A stretch of 64,000 nucleotides of DNA from an uncultured Gammaproteobacteria bacterium (lineage in GTDB: Bacteria > Patescibacteriota > Microgenomatia > Levybacterales > GWA1-39-11): NCBI GenBank assembly GCA_964427615.1, contig CAYRUR010000002.1, positions 17,847 through 81,846 of the forward strand, given 5' to 3'. Both the position numbers and the translations under genes were made by a program. Under the pieces are notes generated by a model. It saw only the letters and a program-made list of their open reading frames with translations, ran no database searches and had not been told where the DNA came from. Every line of letters begins with the position of its first letter. Positions within the stretch are counted from its first letter, which is position 1. Below, piece after piece: positions 1 to 9,100 of the stretch.

Positions 1-37
1 ATTTTATTTTAAAAAACTTTAAGAAAGGAGGGGAAAT

Positions 38-202
38 ATGGCTACAGCAAACGGTAGAGAAATCTACAGAATAGGCAACAAAGCAGCGGGAAACCGTGAA
101 GTTGCGATAGTGGAAGACGGTGAGGAACATGATTTTCCAGCAGAAGCAGAAACAACTTACGCTGACATCAACACTCGTTTTCCATATGAACTAGAGGTCT
201 AG
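38..202 (+). CDS. small hypothetical protein (54 aa), not in the ORF track; strong SD aaggagggg 7 nt upstream of the ATG
   Basis: ORF read by hand: MATANGREIYRIGNKAAGNREVAIVEDGEEHDFPAEAETTYADINTRFPYELEV. Consensus-like RBS. Lies in the phage late region. Confidence 0.3.
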   Translation: MATANGREIYRIGNKAAGNREVAIVEDGEEHDFPAEAETTYADINTRFPYELEV

Positions 203-284
203 CTATCTATACGAATAAGGAACGCTCAATGAGGAGAACTAAGTGATGGTGCACCTAGTTCTCCTCTAAACCATGTAGAACATT

Positions 285-968
285 ATGGCAAAAAAACAGA
301 GTCAAATTATCAACACCCTAGGTGATGTTTTTCAGTTTATGAAACCGTATGCAGGAGGATCAATTCCAGATGCTGAGTATGCTAACTGGAAGAGATGGGT
401 GCAACTAGGACAACAGGATGCAGTCAATAGAGGGTTTTGGCGTAGGCTTCTTATACCTGTATCTTTTCAAATTACTGCAGGAGATGAGGATGCTTTATTG
501 CCTGATAATTTTCACAAAATAAATGGACTCTACGCACTAGATGTTAATGGTGTGGACTGGAATCAACCAAATAACAGTGATGGACAGACATTATATGTGT
601 TTATGGATCCAGAAACTGCCAAATGGAAAGTAAAGTTTAAAGGCTTTACGCCTCAAACTAGTGTTACCGCTACACTTTGGTATTTCTATAACCCACCAAC
701 TCCAATTGATGAGATAGATCCTATTCATCTTGATGGTGAAATGATAGGGTTTTACGCACTCAAAGAATACTTTAGAAAAGCAAGGCAACCCGGTTCACTT
801 GATGATGCTCGAATTGAATATGAAAACAGAAGAGAAGAGCTGTTGAGTCTAGAAGTAATCCCCTCTCCTCAAGAGCTTCTTTCTTGGGGTAGTTATTCCT
901 CATACACAAACACTAACCCTACAGAAAGGCAGTATTACAGAGGTAGATATGGAAGAAGGAGAAGATAA
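285..968 (+). CDS. phage structural protein, possible T7 gp11-like tail tubular protein A (gatekeeper/adaptor)
   Basis: 227 aa. 'NRGFW...LLPD' recalls T7 gp11 'SRGWTF...LLPD'. Sits immediately upstream of a gp12-like gene. Homology recalled from memory, not computed. Confidence 0.35.
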   Translation: MAKKQSQIINTLGDVFQFMKPYAGGSIPDAEYANWKRWVQLGQQDAVNRGFWRRLLIPVSFQITAGDEDALLPDNFHKINGLYALDVNGVDWNQPNNSDGQTLYVFMDPETAKWKVKFKGFTPQTSVTATLWYFYNPPTPIDEIDPIHLDGEMIGFYALKEYFRKARQPGSLDDARIEYENRREELLSLEVIPSPQELLSWGSYSSYTNTNPTERQYYRGRYGRRRR

Positions 969-1007
969 ATATGCAGGATTCAGAGCAGAAAAGTAAAAGA
1001 AGGGTAG

Positions 1008-2954
1008 GTGACTTTTGTGGCTAGAAAATATCCTACACGCAGAAAAGATCCTCCTCTTAAAATTACAGGCACACGAGGCTTTTCAAGAGGATGGAATACG
1101 CTTACTCATCCATCTACTATTAGGAATGACGAGTTAGCAGAAGCACAAAACGTACTGTACTCACAAAATGGTGTTCTTTCCAAAAGGCCGGGTTCAATCA
1201 ACATCGGCTCTGCAAGAGGAGCCTCAACTATTATTAATGCCTTATCAGGTGTTTATAGCATTGGTAATCCTGCAACAAACTATCTTTTAAGAATTTCCGA
1301 TGATGGAATACTACAAAAGTATAGCTTTGATTCTGATACATGGATTGATATTGCAGGAAGCCCAACCTTTTCCAATGTTGAAAGCACCATCTTACAAGCC
1401 TATGGGCACGCCTATATCCTCAACAAGAGTGATGCAATGGTGAAGTGGGACGGTTCATCCTTCTTTACTTTTACAGCTCTTGCCAATCCTACAACAGCCC
1501 CCACTCTTGCAAAAACAGGAAGCGCAACAGGAAATCGTTCATATTATTACCGCTATGTATGGTACAACGATGTGGGCAATACTATATATAGTGATTCGGC
1601 TCATTTGGACAATCTGCCTGATGAACTGGATGCTTCCACCTATGTCACACTTACGCTTCCCGCAGCTCCTGCAGGAGCAAAAAAGGTAGGTATATTTAGA
1701 GGTAGATTAGATACTGAAGAAGTATTTTATGATGAGATTCCGGCTACCCAAACAACATATACCGATAAAGGAACAGGAGAAGAAGATCCTCTCTATGGTA
1801 TTCCTACCTCTAACACTACCGGAGGATTTCACTTCAAGTTCGCAGATGTTTATAGAAATACTCTTATTGGAATTACTACAGAAATGGGAGATCACACCCT
1901 TGTATTTTCTGCAGGAGGAGATAAGTTTGACTCTTTTGGAAGAGCAGATGGCGGTGGATACTACTCATGGAGAAGGGATGATGGAGACCCTATTACTGCA
2001 GTACATTCTTTTCAGGAAAAACTATATGTTTTCAAGCATAGAAAGATAGGTGCGTTTGCTTTTGATGAAAATGGTGGAGCAGTAACTGATATTAATCTAG
2101 CAGTTGGAGCAGTCTCCCACAGGTCTGTTCATGCTGCAGGAAATGACTTACGCTTCTGGTCAAGAGATGGAGCCATGAGCCTTGGAAATGAACCTAACTT
2201 CGCTAACATCATCCGCACTCGCATACTATCTGCAAGGGCTGATAAGTTAGTCCAATCCTTAACTGCTGCAGAGTTTGAAAAGATTTCAGGTGTGTACTAC
2301 AAGAATTTATCCTTATGGGGAATTCCTACAGGTGGAGCAGATAAAGGTATTACCTCAACCATTATTTATGATGAACGGTATGTTGCTTGGAGTGAGTGGT
2401 TAGGACTAACTCCTAATATATGGTGCATCTACGTGAATGAAGACAACGAAGAAAAACTATATTACGGAGATGCGCAAAGTGGGCATGTAGTTGAGTGTTG
2501 GAGTGGTACACATGATAGGGGACAACCAATAGTGTGGCGTGTAGCAACAAAACAGTTTGATATGGATAAACCCTTTCAATACAAAACGTTCTCTACTGCT
2601 TATTTCATATTTGGAAACGTTGCAGGAACAGAAACTCGTATTACCTTAGTAGAAGATGGTGTTAGGTCACAAGTCCCTCTTGCTTTATATGCAGATCAAG
2701 GAAATCAAGGTTTTGGAGTAGATCAATGGGGAACAATGGAGTTTGGAGATACTTCAGGAGAATTTACAGGAGAAACATCAGGATTGTTAGTAAGATATCT
2801 CGATCTTGGAAACATAGATAGGTTATCTATGCAAGCTGTATTCCAGAATGCCGGGCTATCAGACAACATAGAACTTATGGGTGTGTACTTTGCCTATTCT
2901 GAAAGTTCTGCTCCTCTTCCGGGCTCTTATCAGCTGAAGAGAGTTGCTAATTAA
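1008..2954 (+). CDS. phage structural protein, possible T7 gp12-like tail tubular protein B (nozzle); GTG start
   Basis: 648 aa. N-terminal 'GFSRGWNTL...GVLSKRPG' resembles T7 gp12 'GSRQVNGWSSETEGLQKRPP'. GTG start directly after an in-frame stop, with a 'gaaggg' SD. Confidence 0.4.
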   Translation: MTFVARKYPTRRKDPPLKITGTRGFSRGWNTLTHPSTIRNDELAEAQNVLYSQNGVLSKRPGSINIGSARGASTIINALSGVYSIGNPATNYLLRISDDGILQKYSFDSDTWIDIAGSPTFSNVESTILQAYGHAYILNKSDAMVKWDGSSFFTFTALANPTTAPTLAKTGSATGNRSYYYRYVWYNDVGNTIYSDSAHLDNLPDELDASTYVTLTLPAAPAGAKKVGIFRGRLDTEEVFYDEIPATQTTYTDKGTGEEDPLYGIPTSNTTGGFHFKFADVYRNTLIGITTEMGDHTLVFSAGGDKFDSFGRADGGGYYSWRRDDGDPITAVHSFQEKLYVFKHRKIGAFAFDENGGAVTDINLAVGAVSHRSVHAAGNDLRFWSRDGAMSLGNEPNFANIIRTRILSARADKLVQSLTAAEFEKISGVYYKNLSLWGIPTGGADKGITSTIIYDERYVAWSEWLGLTPNIWCIYVNEDNEEKLYYGDAQSGHVVECWSGTHDRGQPIVWRVATKQFDMDKPFQYKTFSTAYFIFGNVAGTETRITLVEDGVRSQVPLALYADQGNQGFGVDQWGTMEFGDTSGEFTGETSGLLVRYLDLGNIDRLSMQAVFQNAGLSDNIELMGVYFAYSESSAPLPGSYQLKRVAN

Positions 2955-3623
2955 TTACCTGTTAAGACACTCTTTGTAAGCCTTTATGTGGATGTTAGTT
3001 GCTTCTGCCAGGCACTTTCTGTACTCCTCCGAGTCGTATCTAAACTCACTACTTATTACGGCACACTTATAGTTCTTTGAAGATGCAGCATTTTCTGCTT
3101 CTACCTTACATTGATTTGATTTGAGTATTATTGCGTCCTCTGTCTCAGGCAATTCTATGTTTGGTTCTGTTTTAGGAATAGGCACTCCCTCATACTTTAC
3201 TGTGGGAATAACTATCAAATCTCTTACACTTCTACGTGATCCTTGTATGAGTTTTTGTGCATACTCACACTCACTGTTACTGTGAGTTTTGTATATTTCT
3301 CCATCAATGATGCATTCAACATATGGATTTCGCTGGGTTGATGTTGGAACAGATTGTCTATTATTTAATGTTTCTTCAGGTTGAGTAGTAGAAAGATTTG
3401 TCTTTCTAGGAGCAGGGGTAAGCTCTTGGTATTTGTTTTGAGAGTCTGCTTTACTCCGATTCTCTTCAGAGTGAGTACCATTAACCGGAACCCCCGTAAT
3501 GTTTGACTTTGTTTTGTTAGGAATGTATGAGCCCACATATACAGCTAAAACAAGAAGCGCTGCAAGAGAAAGGAAGATAAGTTTGTTAGGTATTTTTATA
3601 TTCATTATTTTAGCAAGCCACAT
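2955..3623 (-). CDS. membrane-anchored Ser/Thr-rich protein with Cys-containing C-terminal domain
   Basis: 222 aa. N-terminal hydrophobic anchor (LIFLSLAALLVLAVYVG), low-complexity S/T/N/P linker, C-terminal domain with several Cys. Opposite strand to the flanking phage structural genes. Confidence 0.5.
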   Translation of the reverse strand: MWLAKIMNIKIPNKLIFLSLAALLVLAVYVGSYIPNKTKSNITGVPVNGTHSEENRSKADSQNKYQELTPAPRKTNLSTTQPEETLNNRQSVPTSTQRNPYVECIIDGEIYKTHSNSECEYAQKLIQGSRRSVRDLIVIPTVKYEGVPIPKTEPNIELPETEDAIILKSNQCKVEAENAASSKNYKCAVISSEFRYDSEEYRKCLAEATNIHIKAYKECLNR

Positions 3624-3677
3624 ATTTTAAATAGCGAGGTAGTCTAAGAATAGAGAAGCCATATTGCACATTAAAAG

Positions 3678-4352
3678 TTATTTAAAGAGTCCTCTAATCC
3701 AAGAGAGTACGCTTCTGACAACCATAAAAAGGGTAACAACCCCAATGTAGAGGAAGAAAATTACAACAATAATAAGTGAACCTGTTTCAAACAGAGTATC
3801 AGTTGTTGATTTCGTTGAGGTTAGAGTTAACTCTGGTGTAGGGGTTGGTGTAGGACTAGGTGGATACCATTGAGGAACTGTAATAGTCCAGTAGGCAACA
3901 GTTGACCATCTTCCACCAATCGTCTTTTTGACATTAACATACCATGTGCCCGGAGCAACATTCTCAAAGTAAAGGGGGTTACTAGTGAAATCTGTAAGTG
4001 GTCCAGGATCACATCCTGCACATTTACTGATTACAGCACTGTATGCAGTAAAGTTAGGATCTTTGACATCAAAAATAATATTGAAGGTTGATCCATCGTC
4101 ATTTGGAGATGGGTAGAACGATGCTTTGATGGTAGATGGATAAGTTGGAGGAGGAGGTACATAATAAGTATCTTCTTCATAAAAATACCCTCCTCCGCAT
4201 TTAGCAGATAAAGGGGTTCCATCACAACAAGAGGATCCACATACACCACCATGCCAAGAACAACAACCAGAACGGGCAGAAACAGAGGATGGAAGCATTG
4301 AAAAAATTATTAAGAAAGAAAAGAAGATTAATAATATTTTCAAAGTTTTCAT
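3678..4352 (-). CDS. secreted Cys-rich / Pro-rich protein with C-terminal TM anchor
   Basis: 224 aa. Signal peptide (MKTLKILLIFFSFLIIFSMLPSSVSA). Cys cluster CCSWHGGVCGSSCCDGTPLSAKCGGG. PPPPTYP and PSPTPTPTPE linkers. C-terminal hydrophobic helix. Confidence 0.55.
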   Translation of the reverse strand: MKTLKILLIFFSFLIIFSMLPSSVSARSGCCSWHGGVCGSSCCDGTPLSAKCGGGYFYEEDTYYVPPPPTYPSTIKASFYPSPNDDGSTFNIIFDVKDPNFTAYSAVISKCAGCDPGPLTDFTSNPLYFENVAPGTWYVNVKKTIGGRWSTVAYWTITVPQWYPPSPTPTPTPELTLTSTKSTTDTLFETGSLIIVVIFFLYIGVVTLFMVVRSVLSWIRGLFK

Positions 4353-4365
4353 TTAGATTTGTACA

Positions 4366-4839
4366 TTAAAAGTTGGAGAATATTTGCACAGCAACATCAT
4401 CTTTTGTTGCAATACAAGAATATTTGTATGGTTTTTCTAAAGCTTTTCTGTGAGAGGGTGAATTAAGCCATGATTCAAGAGCTTTATCGTTTTCATACGC
4501 ACGAAAAATCATATTTTCAGATAGAACATAAGGATAACTGTAATATTTATCACGAAATCCCTGATGGTTATCTTCGCCATCATCAACCCTATCTTGTGCA
4601 ATAACACAAAGTCTCTCATCTTTTATATATGGTTGAAAGCCTTGCGATACCCGCCATTCATTGACGAGTGCCGTAAGTTTTTCAGCAGAAAGATGAATAA
4701 CTACCTGTGTTGGAGTTGGGACAGTAGGTGTGCCATAAGAAGTGGGCATTACTGAAGGAAAAACAACAGTCAACATGGTAGCAATTCCTAGTAATAGGAA
4801 GGAAAAAATAAAAAACAATACCGCTATCTTCTTTTTCAT
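4366..4839 (-). CDS. CAP/SCP (PR-1/YkwD-like) domain protein with N-terminal signal/TM
   Basis: 157 aa. N-terminal TM. Motifs ...NHQGF...SWLNSPSHRKALEKPYKYSCIA... resemble the CAP-domain HxxN and S..H signatures. First gene of the minus-strand trio. Confidence 0.5.
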   Translation of the reverse strand: MKKKIAVLFFIFSFLLLGIATMLTVVFPSVMPTSYGTPTVPTPTQVVIHLSAEKLTALVNEWRVSQGFQPYIKDERLCVIAQDRVDDGEDNHQGFRDKYYSYPYVLSENMIFRAYENDKALESWLNSPSHRKALEKPYKYSCIATKDDVAVQIFSNF

Positions 4840-4856
4840 AAGCTTATAGTAAAAAG

Positions 4857-4886
4857 ATTATAGCAAAAAAGTAAAGGAAAGTAAAC
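4857..4886 (-). promoter_or_regulatory. sigma70-like promoter (minus strand: GTTTAC-18-TATAAT) driving the 4839<-2955 three-gene cassette; shares the divergent region with the 4888 gene
   Basis: Plus-strand 'gtaaac' (4881-4886) and 'attata' (4857-4862) give a minus-strand -35/-10 pair. The start codon lies about 18 nt downstream. Confidence 0.35.
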
Positions 4887-4887
4887 T

Positions 4888-6135
4888 ATGGCATTAATAC
4901 CAAGAATACAAGATCAATTTAACTGGTGGGATCCTCGTAAATATGAGTTTGGGCTTTCAGAGAAGTTGTCTGATGTCTTTGGTCAAGGAAGAACTGGTCA
5001 GGGAGGGTCTAACATGTTTGGCGATCAGTCAAAAACCACCTTAGTACCTGCCGGTATTTCTGCCAGTGGTCAAACAAAATTTGCTCCAATGGGACAATCT
5101 GGAGCTTATGGAAACACTCTTTATAATGCGAATAATAGACCTAATTACACCGCTTATAATGACACCTCTCCAGGTGGCAACACTAATACTTCTACAACCA
5201 ACCAAAACACCAACAGCACAGACGGAAACACAGGTTTTGTAGACTTGGCTGCTATGGAACGTGCTTCCAGACTAAATGCAATCCGCAACAACCTTAACTT
5301 CATAAAAGATCAGGTACAAAGAAGCATTGGTGAAGCAAGAGGAGTAAGAGATGAAGTAGTGGGCAACATTGGAAAAACCTACTCCAACCTCATAAAAGCA
5401 GCTGAAGGCAAAAGAGATACTTCTCTTGAAAATTTAGGACAAGAGGAAATAGACACTCAAAATACATACGGTAGAGCAAAAGGAAATGCAAGGAGAGCAA
5501 CACAAAGTGCATTACTTAAAAATAGATTAATGGCACGTGCTCTTAACCGTCTTGATTCTTCGTTTTATGAGGACAGACAGCATGAAACTAATTTAGAAGG
5601 AGCAAGAGCACAGTCCCAACTAGGAGACGAAGAAGCAGGAAAGCTTGCAGGAATAGGTACACGGAAAACTGAGGTAAAGAACTGGTTTGAACAACAATCA
5701 GCAAATATTGAACAAGAACGGGCACAACTCGAATCTGAAGCAGAGAGAGATTATCAAAGACAGGTTAATGCTGCACTTGATACTGAACGTGGTTTCTCTC
5801 TTGACTCAGTTGAACAAGCAGAGGAAGCAGAAAGAACTTTTGCTTCAAGACTGAATCAAATTAGAGAATATATTCAAGGCAAAGCATCACGTATCGCTGA
5901 AATTGCAGCTAGTGCAGGTAACTACGATCAATCCATTTCATCCTTTGAAGCTGTAAACCCCGCTCTAGCAAGAATTTTATCTAATATGCAAGGACTTAAT
6001 ATGGCTCAAAAAGTTATTGAAGGACTACCCACTTTTACTAATGTAACTGATTCTGGGCAAGACATAGGCTTTATGCGTGAAAGTAAGAGAGACGACTATG
6101 AAGAAAGGTTAAGAAGGTTTGGACTATTAGCATAG
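4888..6135 (+). CDS. phage virion protein (coiled-coil rich; possible internal virion/core protein)
   Basis: 415 aa. N/T/G-rich N-terminus then a long charged coiled-coil region. Sits between the gp12-like gene and the giant protein, as T7 gp13-15 do. Confidence 0.5.
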   Translation: MALIPRIQDQFNWWDPRKYEFGLSEKLSDVFGQGRTGQGGSNMFGDQSKTTLVPAGISASGQTKFAPMGQSGAYGNTLYNANNRPNYTAYNDTSPGGNTNTSTTNQNTNSTDGNTGFVDLAAMERASRLNAIRNNLNFIKDQVQRSIGEARGVRDEVVGNIGKTYSNLIKAAEGKRDTSLENLGQEEIDTQNTYGRAKGNARRATQSALLKNRLMARALNRLDSSFYEDRQHETNLEGARAQSQLGDEEAGKLAGIGTRKTEVKNWFEQQSANIEQERAQLESEAERDYQRQVNAALDTERGFSLDSVEQAEEAERTFASRLNQIREYIQGKASRIAEIAASAGNYDQSISSFEAVNPALARILSNMQGLNMAQKVIEGLPTFTNVTDSGQDIGFMRESKRDDYEERLRRFGLLA

Positions 6136-6147
6136 GAATTATGAAGT

Positions 6148-9100
6148 ATGGGTTTTTTAAACGATATCCTCAAGACTCTCAAGCGTAACACCCTTGATAA
6201 AACTGACCTTGACGAAAAGGCAGGAAGTTTCATATCCCAAAACGTAACTAGGCCGACAGTAAGAGGGTTGTCCGATATTAAGAACTTTATCAAAAGCCCT
6301 CAATCCATTGATTTACCTGAAGTTCCAGACTTTGCAAAGAGAGTAGGGGAGATAAATACGCCTTTTGGTAACTTCCAACCTCTTCCTTTTGTTCGTGATG
6401 TTGTTAATGAGCCTTTTAGTTTTGCTGCTAACACTGCATCTGACTTAGTACAAGCAGGAGTTAGGCTTGCCAAACAAAAACCCTACACACAATATCAAAA
6501 CCTCAAAAGTCCTGCTTCAAAGTTTGGATATAACATAGGGGCTCTTGCAAACCCTAGATTAAAAGAGCAGTTAGGTATTAAAAATAACCCTCAAGAAGTA
6601 ATAGCAAACGTTGCAGAAACAGTCATGGGTCCTCTATCAGTGTATGGGGGAGGAAAAATTTTTAGTACAGGAAAACAAGCACTGAAGCAATCAGGAGCAA
6701 AATCTCTGCGAAAAATACTAAAAAAAGAAGCGAAGATCAACGCCAAAATAGGTGGTTTTTATGGCTCTATGAGTGGGTTGGCAGAGGGACGAAATGATGA
6801 GTTGGGAGATCAACTTGTTAAAGGTGCAAGAGGTGGAGTAACTGGCATTATTGGAGGTGGAGCATTAGGAACCGCAATCCCCCTTGCAGGAGCAGGCACA
6901 AGACGTGCGTTAAACAGTCATAACAAAATGATGCGTGAGGAATCTCTTGAGCAATTTGCAAGAAACTTACCCAAATATTTAGAAACCCCTAAGCTGGATC
7001 CAGTTATTGCTAAATATAAGCGAGCATTGCAAGTTGATAAGCGTACAGCAAAAGAAATAAAGGAGGCAATATACCAAACATTTTCAGGGTACTTGGATAA
7101 AGGAGCTGATATACTAGACCGCTCAACAAAGGAATTTCTACCCCAATTTGATAACCTAGATCCAAGATCAAAAGCACATATTTGGGCTTATATCTTAGAC
7201 AGAAAGCAGAATCTAGGGAAAGTACCACCTCACCCACTTATTCAGGATTTGGATAACGCAATATTTAAAGTAGCAGGATTCGATGTTAGACAAAGTGGAA
7301 CTTTCGCAGGGCCAAAAGCTGCAGAATGGGCATTGAGAAAAACAGGAAAATTCACAAATCTTATGGACAAAAAACCACGTTTTGAGATTGATGATAGGAA
7401 ATCAAAGGTAGATTTGGGTGAAATATATACAAATGGATTTTACTCTGCAAGCTTAAATAAAGTACTCAAACACCCTGAATTGTTTAAACAATATCCAGAA
7501 CTTAAGGACATAAAAGTTAAGTTAGAGCCTCTAGATCTAGGAACAAATGGGTTTTATGATCCAAAAACAAATTCCATAACTATTAATGAGTTAGCAGTAG
7601 AAAGCGTTGACCCAAAACAGTTACTGCTTCATGAGGTTCAACATGTAATTCAAGGAATTGAGGGTTTTGCAAGAGGTGCAAGTGTTGGTATGGATGAAAA
7701 GGAGATTATAAGGAAATTCAGGCCAATGGTAGAGAATCTACCTGCATTCAGAGATTTAAAAACAGAGGTAGAAAAAAATGATTTCATTATCAATTTTGCA
7801 AGAAGTCAAACTAGATCTAACGACTTAAGAGAACTTGCTTATGATGCGTATAGGAAAAGTTCAGGAGAAATAGAATCTCGTTCTGTTGAGAACCGCATGG
7901 GTATGACACCTGAACAAAGAGCAACTACACTTCCTTACTCAGATCAAGGCATACCACTTAAAGACACCATTACACGACTTGATGACGGTTCTGTACAAGA
8001 AGATATCCCTCAAAACATACGAGAAATAGGAGGGAAAATAAAAGACTTTATTACTAGAAACTTCAGTAACAGGGAAAATACAAAACTTGAGTTATTTGAA
8101 GCACAGCCCAAAACAGTAGCTTTTATTCAAGAAAAGCTAGGTATTGATGTATCTAAATTTAAGCATACGATTGATAGTTTTGATGTTAGACATGCAACAA
8201 ATCGTCACTCAGCATTTAACAAAGGAAATCTTCAAAAAGGAGAAGTCCCTTTAACAATAGAAGACTTTGAAAATGTACCTCTTATACTTTCAAACCCTGA
8301 TAACATTAGACTTTCTTCAAAACCAACCAAACAGGGGAATTTTGCAATCATCTATCAAAAGAGAATTGGAAACGAAGTTTACTACGTGGAGGAAATACGA
8401 AACTCTTCAAGAACACTTGCATTAAAAACGATGTATAAACAAAAACCTTCCTCTGTAAGTTATAGTCTTGAAGACCCTAACTTTGTACGTCCGTCTGAAA
8501 AGACCCCGACTTCGGAAGGTAATGAAGGTATTATACCACAGGTTAGCAAGACTTCACAACCTATTAGTAACTTGGGGAATTTGTCCAGGCAACAGCTATT
8601 AAAAGTACAACCAAGAACAGTACGATTACAAGAACGATTGAACCCAAATAATCTTTCAAGTTCCAATCAGGTCCTTCCTGAAGTTCCCAGTAGTGTTTCA
8701 TTAAATGATAGTATACCACAGCTACCAGCACCTATGAATAGAATCGCTCTGCCAGGAGGGTTTGTCGCTAGAACTCCAGGAGAAGCAAAGCGTTTATTTA
8801 AAAAGACAGGACAAGCTCCTGAGTTAGATTTTTCTTTAAGAAATAGTAAAAAACCAATAGAAATAAAAGGGGAAGCTCAGTTCTATAATGCAGAACCAAA
8901 TTCAGCGAAACTTAAGATAAGATCACAAAAAGCAAAAGAGAATCAGTTTAAAACAGAGTTTGATGAATGGCAAGATCACTTATTTGATACCACAGGAGCT
9001 AGAACAGTAAAAGGAGCTATAGATGATGTGGCAAAGCTTATGGGAGAAGCAACAGAAGCAGGACAACGTAGAAGTTTTGAGAATACAAGCACAGGAAAAA

